Under the pieces are notes generated by a model, which worked only from the letters and a program-made list of their open reading frames with translations, did not search any database and was not told the DNA's origin. Position numbers and translations under genes: made by a program. From an uncultured Desulfatitalea sp. (lineage in GTDB: Bacteria; Desulfobacterota; Desulfobacteria; Desulfobacterales; Desulfosarcinaceae), in NCBI GenBank assembly GCA_963668675.2, contig CAXXMB010000002.1:1248001-1312000 (forward strand): a stretch of DNA of 64,000 nucleotides, in the 5' to 3' direction. This document shows positions 41,583 through 51,488 of this stretch, in pieces (within the stretch, counting starts at the first letter, position 1; the number at the start of each line of letters is the position of its first letter).

Positions 41583-41828
41583 CGGAACACGTTTCTGGAA
41601 AGAGCCGCCACCTGATCTGGCTTGACCGTTAATGGCTCGACTGCTATGGAAGGTGAACTCGGCTGAAGCGTTCATCTGGATTGGTGGAGAGATAGAGAAC
41701 CTGATCTATACCGCACGCCTTAAAGCGAAACACAACGATTGGCATTGATATTTGAGGACGTTGCACAATAGTTGATTTCAACAGAGGCATCGAAAGTTGT
41801 CGGCTGTCTTCGCCAATAGGAATCGTCA

Positions 41829-43667
41829 ATGAGCGCTTCTACCAACAAAATTCACGGTCATCGTTCGGACGGTGACGATCCACCGCGCAAGCCCGAACTC
41901 GACAGGACCGGCCAGACCGAACACACCAAACTGCCGGCGAATCACAACCTCCCCGAACGTTATGTGGTTAAAACCAATGGCGACGAACGCATTCTGACCT
42001 GCCTCGAAGCACCCAACCTCAGTGTGCATATCGAAAACGGAATCTCCTTCTCCGCCTCGGTCGCCAAAAAGTCCCCTTCGGGAACCATTTTCCTCGATGG
42101 TGTGGCCCAGTGCGAACCGTTCATGGATCATGAACGACAGGTGTACAACCTGGACCATCATGAAGGTTGCGTGCGCTCATTCACGCTGGCCACCTGCGAA
42201 CAGGCTCTGGTCATGTACATGAAGGGACTCGACCTGCAAAGCAGAGAGTGGAACATCTTTGCAAATGAACCCGACCTGGACACCCTTTTGGCAATCTGGA
42301 TCATTCTCAACCATGCGCGCATCGGAGGCCAGGATGCGACCCAACGGCGCATTCTGTTTGCTCTGGTCCGGTATGAAGGCGTCGTTGACGCTTTGGGGCT
42401 TGAGCTCAAGGAGCTCAGCGCCCTGCCTCCCGAATTGATGCGGAAAATTCAACGGGTGGTCGATCATCTGCGCAGCGATGAGTTGGCCATCAAGCGCGAC
42501 GGAAGCTGGGAAAAATCGGACTTTCTCTCCTACACCACAAAAATCCTTCATAAAATCGATCAGATATTCTACAAAGCCAGCGACTTCATTGACTATCACG
42601 GTGTTGAAGAGCTGGCCCGCATCGATCTGACCGACAAGCGCATTGCCGCTGTGGTCGAAGCGGATATGGGTATTTATGAGATAGAGCCTTACCTGAACAA
42701 GTTGTACGGTAATCGGCTAGGCGTGGTTTTCCTTAAGAAAGGGGCCGCCAGTTATACCGTACGCCAGATGGACCTCTTTATGCCGCTGACGCTGGATGAT
42801 GTTTACGACCGGCTCAATTTTGTGGATCCGTCGGTCAGGTGCCGCACCCAGGCCAACAAGTGGGGAGGCGCAGCAGAGATAGGGGGCTCGCCGCGTGAGT
42901 CGGGGACCGAACTCGATCCCTTGGAGATCGTCCAGGCATGCCGTGAAGCGGTGAGCAAGTCCGATTGGAAACAGCGAACCTCCCGTTTCGCCATCACCAC
43001 GGCACTGATCGGCTTTATCGTGCTGATCGCCCATATCGTTCGCTTGATCTGGTCGCCGGCCCAATGGTTGGCCAACGACACCCTCGGATTGCCATGGATC
43101 GCCCCCGATTTTGGTTTCATGATTGCCCTTTTGGCGGCTTCGGGCATCAGCCTTCTATTCGTCGCTTACAGCCGTCCATGGCAGTATGGATGGTCCCTGC
43201 CACTGGGCAAACAGTGGTGGCTGCTTCTGCCGGTGGCCCTGGCCGGCGGTGCAACCGGAGGCCTCTGGATCACCGCTACCTTCATCGACGCCAAAGATTG
43301 GGTCGCTGTGGGAGCGATCAGTCTGATCGGTCTGCCATTGGCTCTGGAACTGCTTTTCCGAAGCCTGGCCCACGGACTCATGGCCCAAGGCGCCCGAATT
43401 CAACGATGCGACTCGCGCTGGTTTCTCAGCTGGCCGATTTTGGGCAGCACACTTCTCTATGCCGCCTTCGCCATCTCTTTCCTTCTCTGCTGCCGGCCCG
43501 ATATCGAAACCGCAGGATGGGGTGAGATGGCACAGACCATTGCCGGGGCTCTCCTGATAGGCCTCTCCACCGGATTTGCCAGGGAACGATCCCAAAGCGT
43601 GTGGCCCGCCGTACTGTTCCATATGCTGGCTGCCGCCACCTTGCTGCTGACCATCAGTGTTGGATGA
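41829..43667 (+). CDS. DHH-like hydrolase domain fused to a CPBP/Abi-like membrane domain
   Basis: LDHH, then EPDLD, then WGG..IGGSPR; C-terminal TMs with ELLFR and RERSQSVWPAVLFH. Confidence 0.6.
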   Translation: MSASTNKIHGHRSDGDDPPRKPELDRTGQTEHTKLPANHNLPERYVVKTNGDERILTCLEAPNLSVHIENGISFSASVAKKSPSGTIFLDGVAQCEPFMDHERQVYNLDHHEGCVRSFTLATCEQALVMYMKGLDLQSREWNIFANEPDLDTLLAIWIILNHARIGGQDATQRRILFALVRYEGVVDALGLELKELSALPPELMRKIQRVVDHLRSDELAIKRDGSWEKSDFLSYTTKILHKIDQIFYKASDFIDYHGVEELARIDLTDKRIAAVVEADMGIYEIEPYLNKLYGNRLGVVFLKKGAASYTVRQMDLFMPLTLDDVYDRLNFVDPSVRCRTQANKWGGAAEIGGSPRESGTELDPLEIVQACREAVSKSDWKQRTSRFAITTALIGFIVLIAHIVRLIWSPAQWLANDTLGLPWIAPDFGFMIALLAASGISLLFVAYSRPWQYGWSLPLGKQWWLLLPVALAGGATGGLWITATFIDAKDWVAVGAISLIGLPLALELLFRSLAHGLMAQGARIQRCDSRWFLSWPILGSTLLYAAFAISFLLCCRPDIETAGWGEMAQTIAGALLIGLSTGFARERSQSVWPAVLFHMLAAATLLLTISVG

Positions 43668-43793
43668 CCCACGCCCCTGGAATCCTGCCGAAGGCTTCGT
43701 TGGCGCTAATTCACAGATCCGATCCGTCAAGATCTCACCGCATATCGCAGAACCGAAAATCAACAGGGCATCTGTCCCCAAGGCAGGTTCCCT

Positions 43794-43822
43794 TTGACAA
43801 GACGGCTCTTTTTACCTATATT
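43794..43822 (+). promoter_or_regulatory. Sigma70 promoter
   Basis: TTGACA-N17-TATATT. Confidence 0.65.
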
Positions 43823-43888
43823 AGCTTGAGAAAAAAATGAGCACATTCAGCGAGTTATTAAACGATCCGGCCGCAACTGCAAGGAACC

Positions 43889-46390
43889 GTGTCAATGACC
43901 GACAAGCTTGTAGCTGAAATCTTAACCAGCGATAGTGATGAAATAGCTGATCTGCTGTCAAACCAACCCCTTCTGGAGGCCTTCATCGAGCTGGCGCGAA
44001 AACTGGACGGCCTTCAGGAGATCAACAAGCGTTTTTATGAAGATTCACGGAGCCTGTTCCAGGCCACCTGCACCAACCTGCCCATCAACGATCTGGAAGC
44101 CCTGCTGGCCGAATTTTTCGGCCCACCTGTCAAGCCGGTGGACAAGCCGCTGCCTCGTAAGCTGAAGAAAAACAGCTCGGTAAAATACCTGGGTGGTATC
44201 GAAAAGGATCAGTCCCTTTTTCTGCTGCCGCTGAAAACCGGCGAGTTCTACGGCGCGCTCTGGCCCTGGCGCCGCAACAAAGCAAAGGTGGAGATCCACC
44301 TGGGGTATTGCTCGGACTGGATGACCGATGAAGACTACTTTCAACTCGAAACCCTGATTAAGAAAAGTGTCAGCAAAAGCGCCTTCGAGAAGATGGATAC
44401 CAATGTGGGCGGTCAAATCCATGGTATCAGCCTGCCCTCTTTTCTACAGATGGCGGAGATGGAGCAGTCGACATTTGCCTTGCGCATCACATCGGCCGGC
44501 CAGGTCGGCACGCTGCACATCTTCGAAGGCCAGCTCATCGCCGCCGAGTTGGACCAATGGACCGGACGGGATGCGGCCTACCGCATCATCGCCTGGGATG
44601 ACGCGACCGTGGAGATCGCGCCTGCGGCACCCTCCAAAACGGATGAGATCAAGCAGCCGTTGATGCACGTATTGATGGAAAGCCTTAAAATCAAGGACGA
44701 TATCACAGCGCCATTAGATCAGCCCCCCATACCGCCGCCTGCCAAAAAGAAGAAGGGGGGCGCCAAACCGGCCGCCACGAAGCCCCAGAAACGATTGGTC
44801 CAACTTGAACGGGCGCCAACCCCAAGAATAAAGCGCAAAAGACTTGGCATTATAGCCCTCACCGCCCTCGCTTTGGGGATAATCGTCATCGCTGGGACAT
44901 CCACTGTGGTAGGGCTTTATGTGATGAACAAGCGCAGCAAAACCGATCAATGGCAACAAATCAGCAAGATGGCGGACAGGTTGCCAACGCTGGAAGAGAA
45001 GCAGTCGCTATTGCAAAGCTTCCTGGAAACTAATCCTCGCACACCTTTTTCAAGCGAAATCAAATCCAGAATCAGCCAGATCAGCCGTAAAATCGAGTCA
45101 CAGGAGTTCGAAAAAGTAACGCTCAAAGTTAGTACCTTACCAGTTGATGAAAACTTCGAACGAACGGCTGTTGAGATGTATGGCAGTTTCATGCAAAAGT
45201 ACCCCGACTCCGCATTTTCAAAGGAAATCACTGCCGCCATTGCCGACATCAAAACCCTGGTCGACCAGTACTACTACGAGGAGCTAAAGCGCGCCGCCCG
45301 AATGGACCTTCATGAACGGCTGGATGTATACAATCACTACTTGAAGCAGTTCCCCGAAGGACGATACCAAGAGGATGTCAAGGTGCTGATCAATGAGATG
45401 GGTGAACAGCACCTTAACTATTTAAAGGCCGAAGATAGCAAGTGCGAACAGAACCAGACCTGGGAAATTTGCATTCAGCGATATCAAAATTTTATTGCCA
45501 ACTTCAATGGATTGCCTCTATCCAAGGAGGCACAACGGTCGATGAAGGCATTGGAAGACAAACGCGACCTGGTCCGGTTGCGCAAGTTAAAGGATGAGGC
45601 CGATAATGACTATCTGAAGGCGTACAAGGCCTACAAAACCTATCTTGCCGAGCACCCGGACAGCACGCAGAAAAAGGCCATTGAGCAGGCGCTGTCAGAG
45701 TTGAGCCGAAAACTGGATCTCCAGCGCAAATGGCAGGCGGTACGGTCCTACGCCACCAGTAGCAAAAACAGCCTTTTCGAACGGATTCAGCGGGTGGATC
45801 GCTATCTCAAAGCCAATTCATCGGGGCCCTATGTGGGCGAAGCCCGGGAACTCATGAACACGTTGGAGGGACAGCGTCGCTTGGCCTTGCGCCGGAACCA
45901 GATAGAGGAAGAGAAGATGGCGGCAAGGGAGCGCATACGAATCGAGGAAGAGAAGCGCGCCCAACAGCTGCAACACATTCAACAGATGCAGCGCCAATTG
46001 GAGCAGGAGCTCAAGAATTCAAAGCGATTCCGAATCAATGGCAATGGGACCGCCACCGATCAATCTACCGGGAAGACATGGGCGCTGATCGACTCTTACG
46101 ATGAACTCGGCGGCTGCATCAATTATCAGGATGCCAAGCGATATGCCCGCGGTCTGGTTCTGGGAGGACACCGCGACTGGCGGTTGCCAACCGCCAACGA
46201 ACTGGCTGCGATCTATAAACAGACACCTTTCTTTCCCCAGACCGGCGCCAAATGGTATTGGACTGCCGATGCATACGCCCGTGGATACCACTCGGTGGCC
46301 GATGTGGTCACCTCCAAACCGGAAACCCTTTTCGAACGGGAGTACCGCAAACAGGACGCCTGCGGTGCGGTAAGAGCTGTCCGGCCATAA
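43889..46390 (+). CDS. DUF4388 - TM - helical repeats - DUF1566 (Lcl-like) membrane protein
   Basis: GISLPSFLQMAEME...AAYRIIAWD (DUF4388); one TM; DQSTGKTW and DWRLPTANEL (DUF1566). Confidence 0.75.
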   Translation: MSMTDKLVAEILTSDSDEIADLLSNQPLLEAFIELARKLDGLQEINKRFYEDSRSLFQATCTNLPINDLEALLAEFFGPPVKPVDKPLPRKLKKNSSVKYLGGIEKDQSLFLLPLKTGEFYGALWPWRRNKAKVEIHLGYCSDWMTDEDYFQLETLIKKSVSKSAFEKMDTNVGGQIHGISLPSFLQMAEMEQSTFALRITSAGQVGTLHIFEGQLIAAELDQWTGRDAAYRIIAWDDATVEIAPAAPSKTDEIKQPLMHVLMESLKIKDDITAPLDQPPIPPPAKKKKGGAKPAATKPQKRLVQLERAPTPRIKRKRLGIIALTALALGIIVIAGTSTVVGLYVMNKRSKTDQWQQISKMADRLPTLEEKQSLLQSFLETNPRTPFSSEIKSRISQISRKIESQEFEKVTLKVSTLPVDENFERTAVEMYGSFMQKYPDSAFSKEITAAIADIKTLVDQYYYEELKRAARMDLHERLDVYNHYLKQFPEGRYQEDVKVLINEMGEQHLNYLKAEDSKCEQNQTWEICIQRYQNFIANFNGLPLSKEAQRSMKALEDKRDLVRLRKLKDEADNDYLKAYKAYKTYLAEHPDSTQKKAIEQALSELSRKLDLQRKWQAVRSYATSSKNSLFERIQRVDRYLKANSSGPYVGEARELMNTLEGQRRLALRRNQIEEEKMAARERIRIEEEKRAQQLQHIQQMQRQLEQELKNSKRFRINGNGTATDQSTGKTWALIDSYDELGGCINYQDAKRYARGLVLGGHRDWRLPTANELAAIYKQTPFFPQTGAKWYWTADAYARGYHSVADVVTSKPETLFEREYRKQDACGAVRAVRP

Positions 46391-46505
46391 TCCCCACCTC
46401 CTGGAAGTGCCAAGCAGCCCGTCCATTCGGATTTTGATTGAAAAAACAGTTGGAACGTACTATAGCGGGCAGGAAATTTTCTGAGACTGCCAGAGGGGGT
46501 AGAAC

Positions 46506-46976
46506 ATGCAAAAAGTCACGTTGATCGTAGCAGCAGGATTGATGGCACTGATATTGGTCTGGGGACCGACTGTATCAGCAGAGGAGGAGATGTGTGTACC
46601 GATGGGCGACATCACCCTGGAACCGCTGGCCGAGAAGCCCCAACGTTCCGAAGTCACATTTCCCCATGCCGTTCACTTCAGCTACAGCTGTCAGCAGTGC
46701 CACCACAAATGGGACCGCGAAACACCTGTCACCAGCTGCGGCACCTCGGGATGTCACGACCTGGCTGAATTGCCGAAAGATGAAAATGGACGCATGACCA
46801 AAGATGCGCAACTGAAGATCCGCTACTACAAGAACGCCTACCACAGCATGTGTATCGGCTGTCATAAAGAGATCAAACAGCGCAACCAGAAAGCTGAAGC
46901 CATGAAGTTGGCCGGCGACGACACGATAACGCCTTCCGGCCCTACCGGATGCATCCAGTGCCATCCCACTGAATAG
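46506..46976 (+). CDS. Tetraheme cytochrome c3 (class III)
   Basis: Signal peptide; FPHAVH; CQQCH, CGTSGCH, CIGCH, CIQCH. Confidence 0.9.
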   Translation: MQKVTLIVAAGLMALILVWGPTVSAEEEMCVPMGDITLEPLAEKPQRSEVTFPHAVHFSYSCQQCHHKWDRETPVTSCGTSGCHDLAELPKDENGRMTKDAQLKIRYYKNAYHSMCIGCHKEIKQRNQKAEAMKLAGDDTITPSGPTGCIQCHPTE

Positions 46977-47096
46977 GCGCCACTTGTATTGGGCACCTTG
47001 GACTGGGCAAATTGAATTAGAATAGACCCTCCAGACACCGAAACTGCCGCCGGCGCATGGATGGCAGCCTTCAAAATAGATCGTGGTACCACATGG

Positions 47097-47143
47097 AAAT
47101 GCCGGGCTACCGTCCTGATGACGGCCAGCCCGGCATTTTTTTT
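47097..47143 (+). terminator. Intrinsic terminator, probably bidirectional
   Basis: AAATGCCGGGCT...AGCCCGGCATTTTTTTT between convergent genes. Confidence 0.8.
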
Positions 47144-47227
47144 ATTCGTCTCGGCCCCATCAACAATCAAAGGCTTCGCATTCACAGGGCACCGCCCCAA
47201 AAGGGCGCTCCCTAAGTCGGCAGGCTG

Positions 47228-47863
47228 CTATTTTTGAATCATGATGCCTTGATCAAAGATCTCGAACGCGATCTTCAGGGTCGACTTTAGATGATCCTTC
47301 TTTTCATCGATGATCTTCTTGCTCGCTTCCCATAGCACAACGCCTGAAAAGAGCGACCAGCAGATATCGGACAACGCCACCGGATGCTGCTTGATGAAGA
47401 TGCCGGCATCGATCCCCTCTTTGAAAATCTTAGCAATGGCGCCGATGGAGTTGCGAGACAGGGTCTTGATCTCTTCAATCAACTCATCAGAAAGATTTTT
47501 CAAGGTTTCACTCGATTGCAGGTGAAACATGTTGATGATGATCAGCGGGTCGAAATCGTAAACATCATACATCACCTCTTCCAAGGCCGCCAGTTTTCCC
47601 AAAGGATCCAGTTCGGTCTGGTTTATGACATGAGAAACACGGATATGCATATACTGCAATATCCGCAGACTCAATGAGGCGTATAACTCTTCCTTGTTTT
47701 TAAAATAGAGATAGAGGGTACCCGGACTCAACTCTGCCTCTTTGGCGATATCTTCCATGGTGGCCTTGTTGAAGCCCTTGTCCGAAAATACCCTTTTGGC
47801 CGCAACGATAATTTGTTGCCGCCGCCGCTCCTTTTCCCGTTCCTTTCGTTCTTGAATTCCCAT
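47228..47863 (-). CDS. TetR/AcrR family regulator
   Basis: ATMEDIAKEAELSPGTLYLYFKNKEEL helix-turn-helix. Confidence 0.93.
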   Translation of the reverse strand: MGIQERKEREKERRRQQIIVAAKRVFSDKGFNKATMEDIAKEAELSPGTLYLYFKNKEELYASLSLRILQYMHIRVSHVINQTELDPLGKLAALEEVMYDVYDFDPLIIINMFHLQSSETLKNLSDELIEEIKTLSRNSIGAIAKIFKEGIDAGIFIKQHPVALSDICWSLFSGVVLWEASKKIIDEKKDHLKSTLKIAFEIFDQGIMIQK

Positions 47864-48040
47864 TCTTCGCTTTCCTGGCTCATCTTTACAAGTTACTGTA
47901 GATCAACATACAACCATAAACCGCAAACAATTCGTACGTGTACAAGCGAGGCCATTCAATGAAATAGCCTGTTGAAATAAGGGTCTACATGAAACAATTA
48001 CGGCCGAATGTCAATTATTTAATAAATAAACCTAAGTGTC

Positions 48041-48571
48041 TCACGGGGGGAATTCACCCGAGTCCGGAAGGAAGACACGTAGCCGCTGAACATCACTTTT
48101 CATAGCGAAATCGATTACATAACGACCGTAACGGCCCTCATCCAAAAGACACGCGATGGCCCTTGCTCTGGCAGATCGATCCAAATGTCCTGCCCAGTGT
48201 AAAATTTTGGGGCAAAGCAACGCGTTGATATGAGGTATGGCACCTGATCGGCAAAAAGCAACGCCCTTACGATCATCAAGGATGACGAAATCGACACCGC
48301 CGCCCCTATAGGCACAAAGTGTATCTCGCTCCCCTGCGCCAAGGCGACTTAACCCGCTATCCCCGTATGCTTCAGTGGGAGCCTGTACAATGTTGATACA
48401 TCCCCGCCGGAGTGCATCTTTAAAATGCGCAGCACCCCTGCGCCCTTCAACGGTAACCTCCCGGCAAACAGCCGGCGTCATCATCAGCCGATATGCAGAG
48501 ACCATGGTGTCAAACAGTCCCGCTTTGTGAAGCAGTATGGCCGATGAGGCGTCTATCAGGACCCTTTTCAT
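48041..48571 (-). CDS. PIN-domain (DUF3368-like) protein
   Basis: [25 protein letters not shown] overlap with the cysK stop. Confidence 0.7.
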   Translation of the reverse strand: MKRVLIDASSAILLHKAGLFDTMVSAYRLMMTPAVCREVTVEGRRGAAHFKDALRRGCINIVQAPTEAYGDSGLSRLGAGERDTLCAYRGGGVDFVILDDRKGVAFCRSGAIPHINALLCPKILHWAGHLDRSARARAIACLLDEGRYGRYVIDFAMKSDVQRLRVFLPDSGEFPP

Positions 48572-49497
48572 GCGATCGGCTTAAACAGGTCGGTACTGAT
48601 ATAGCGCTCACCTGTGCTCGGCAGGATCACGACGATGCGCTTGCCGTCACACTCTGGGCGCCGGGCCACCTGCAGGGCAGACCAAACCGCAGCACCGGAA
48701 GAAATTCCGCACAAAAGTCCCTCACGGTTCGCCAAGAGGCGGGCCGTCTCAAAGGCAGCTTCGTCGCTTACCGCAATGACCTCATCGATCATGGTGCGAT
48801 CCAGGATCCCGGGGACGAAACCAGCACCGATCCCCTGGATCTTATGAGGGCCCTTGGCGCCGCCGGAGAGAACCGGTGAAGCCGCCGGCTCGACGGCTAT
48901 CGATTTAAATCCGGCATTTTTGGCTTTGATATACTGGCTTATCCCTGTGATGGTTCCGCCGGTGCCCACGCCCGAAACCAGATAGTCCACCTTCCCCTCG
49001 GTATCGGCCCATATTTCGGGCCCCGTGGTCTCCCGGTGTGCCATGGGATTGGCCGGATTTTCAAACTGGTTGGGCATATAAGCGTTCCGATGCTTGCCGA
49101 CAATCTCACCGGCTTTGGCGATGGCACCACCCATTCCCTCGGGCCCCGGTGTCAAAACAAGCTCGGCCCCCAAATGGCCGAGCAACTTCCTGCGCTCAAC
49201 ACTCATGGTTTCCGGCATGGTCAGGCAGAGCCGGTACCCCTTGACCGCACAGACAAACGCAAGTCCGATACCGGTGTTGCCACTGGTCGGCTCCACAATC
49301 AAAGTGTCTGCATCGATCAAGCCCTGCCGCTCAGCCTCGGCAATCATGTAGGAGGCGATGCGATCCTTAACACTGCCCAGGGGGTTATCGTACTCCAGTT
49401 TGGCCACAATTTCGCCCGGTGCTTCGGTATCTATCCTGTTCAGCCGCACCAACGGCGTTCGACCGATGGTGGCACCGACATTGCTGTATATTCGCAT
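48568..49497 (-). CDS. cysK: Cysteine synthase A
   Basis: GSVKDR PLP lysine, PTSGNTG, GVGTGGT, ERYIST. Confidence 0.95.
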   Translation of the reverse strand: MRIYSNVGATIGRTPLVRLNRIDTEAPGEIVAKLEYDNPLGSVKDRIASYMIAEAERQGLIDADTLIVEPTSGNTGIGLAFVCAVKGYRLCLTMPETMSVERRKLLGHLGAELVLTPGPEGMGGAIAKAGEIVGKHRNAYMPNQFENPANPMAHRETTGPEIWADTEGKVDYLVSGVGTGGTITGISQYIKAKNAGFKSIAVEPAASPVLSGGAKGPHKIQGIGAGFVPGILDRTMIDEVIAVSDEAAFETARLLANREGLLCGISSGAAVWSALQVARRPECDGKRIVVILPSTGERYISTDLFKPIA

Positions 49498-49499
49498 GG

Positions 49500-50495
49500 T
49501 CACACTCCTTTGGCATATTTCCCGGCCGACTTGTAGATCAACCGCGGATGCTCGGTCATTACCGTGGTATCGGGCGGCACCGATTCGGTCAACCATACAT
49601 TGCCGCCGACAACAGATCGGGCGCCGATCACGGTGTCACCCCCCAGAATCGTGGTGCCTGAATAGATGATCACATCATCTTCGATGGTGGGGTGGCGCTT
49701 TTTTCCCCGGAACTGCTCACCGGCATCCTTGGGTAGGCTCAACGCGCCCAGCGTGACACCCTGGTAAATCCTCACATTGGAGCCGATCTGGGTCGTTTCT
49801 CCGATGACGACGCCGGTCCCGTGATCGATCACAAAGCGCGGGCCGATGGTCGCGCCAGGATGAATATCGATGCCGGTGATGCTGTGGGCATGCTCACCCA
49901 TGATCCGCGGCAACATGGGGACTCCGAGCTCAAACAGCCGGTGGGCCACCCGCTGCACCATGACGGCATAGATACCGGGGTAGCTGAAGATAATCTCATC
50001 ATGGCTGTGGGCGGCCGGGTCACCTTCGAAGGTGGCCTGGACGTCGGTCGCCAGCACCTGCCGAATCTGGGGTATCGACTCCAAAACAGCCAGCGCCTTA
50101 ACCTGGCCGCTCTGCTCGCATTCACTGCAGGGTAAATCGTATCGCAGGCAATCGTGGCGCACATGGTGTGTAATCTGTTCCGAAAGCATATCGAAAAGCA
50201 CCGATACACTCTGGCCCAAGCTGTATTTCATGTTGGCCGGATCGAGCCGCTCCCGCGAAAAATAACCGGGAAAAAGAACCTCACGAAACTTGTCGATCAA
50301 GTCGGAGACAAACGCTTCCGACGGTATGGGCTCATAGTCGATATGCGTATAACACGCATCACCATTGCACTGGGAGATGATCTTCTCCGCGATCTCGGGC
50401 ACCCTGGCCTTCATCTGCTTGCAGGCCGCCAGGTCCAACTTGCATGAATCTCCATCTTTGTGCATGGCTTTATCGGCCTTCTCGTGTTCGTTCAT
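49500..50495 (-). CDS. cysE: Serine O-acetyltransferase (long EpsC type)
   Basis: [24 protein letters not shown]. Confidence 0.93.
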   Translation of the reverse strand: MNEHEKADKAMHKDGDSCKLDLAACKQMKARVPEIAEKIISQCNGDACYTHIDYEPIPSEAFVSDLIDKFREVLFPGYFSRERLDPANMKYSLGQSVSVLFDMLSEQITHHVRHDCLRYDLPCSECEQSGQVKALAVLESIPQIRQVLATDVQATFEGDPAAHSHDEIIFSYPGIYAVMVQRVAHRLFELGVPMLPRIMGEHAHSITGIDIHPGATIGPRFVIDHGTGVVIGETTQIGSNVRIYQGVTLGALSLPKDAGEQFRGKKRHPTIEDDVIIYSGTTILGGDTVIGARSVVGGNVWLTESVPPDTTVMTEHPRLIYKSAGKYAKGV

Positions 50496-50869
50496 CTCAT
50501 CTGCTCCTCATCATTAGCATGGGGGGGCGGTATAGGAGTGAAATCCAGGTCACATATATAGGGTCAGACCGTCACTCCACCAGTGCTGGGGTCAGACGCC
50601 ATCCTGAGCGACCGGATACATCCCCTTCAAGATAGAGCCAATATAAGTCGAATCAGCCACTAAGCAAGCATCGTGCTGCCCTGCCCCACCCCGGGATAGA
50701 GCACCCCAAAGGGTGTTTGCCGCCTGGATGCAGCAGTCACATGTGCCTGTTTAGTCGCATCGCTTGGCCGCCCCGGGGTGGCTGTATGCCATTCATAAAT
50801 TAATTGCATTTTCAGACTGGCATGATATAAAAAAAATCACCTACGCTACCGCTAAAAACAGGCCTCGAT

Positions 50870-51424
50870 ATGAAAAAAAAGTACCTGCTTGCAGCAGCCC
50901 TTATCGGGCTGGGTATTTTCATAGGCTTTCCACTCTTTAGCATGGGCTACTACACCATGGTGCGAACCTCCACTCCCCAATTCTGCGCCAGCTGCCATGA
51001 AATCGAATTCGCCTACAACACCTGGAAGACATCGACACACGTCAACAATGCCCAGGGATTTGTCGCCGACTGCATGGACTGCCATCTACCGGCGCCCCAT
51101 AACACCTTTGACTTCTTCTACGCCAAAACCTTTCACGGCATTAAGGATGTGGTGGTCCATTTCCTGGGAGGAGAATACGATCACGCCAAAAACCGCCAGG
51201 CGGCCTACGACGCCTTCGATAACGAACAGTGCATGAAGTGCCATCGCAACATATTGAATATTCCAAACAAACGCGGTGCCATGCTTGCCCATCGAACAGT
51301 CCTCTACCCACGGCCCGGCTATGAGAAGAGGTGCGTAGACTGCCACCGCGACCTGGTGCACAACGCGACACCGCTCTACCGATACAAACAATACCAGCCC
51401 GCCTACAGAGGACTGGGAACCTAA
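50870..51424 (+). CDS. NapC/NirT/NrfH-family tetraheme quinol dehydrogenase
   Basis: N-terminal TM; CASCH, CMDCH, CMKCH, CVDCH. Confidence 0.9.
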   Translation: MKKKYLLAAALIGLGIFIGFPLFSMGYYTMVRTSTPQFCASCHEIEFAYNTWKTSTHVNNAQGFVADCMDCHLPAPHNTFDFFYAKTFHGIKDVVVHFLGGEYDHAKNRQAAYDAFDNEQCMKCHRNILNIPNKRGAMLAHRTVLYPRPGYEKRCVDCHRDLVHNATPLYRYKQYQPAYRGLGT

Positions 51425-51488
51425 TAGAGGCAAAAGGCAGTACAGATCGATCCGGCTGGTCTAAACGAGAAGATAGAGGGGGGAAACC

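Noticed and set aside
50500..50710. SAM-I riboswitch before cysE
   Set aside because: Loose TATC...GATGAG only; lacks the GCAACC and GTGCnAAnTCC cores
50818..50835. Sigma54 promoter before the napC-like gene
   Set aside because: TGGCATG is present but there is no -12 TTGC
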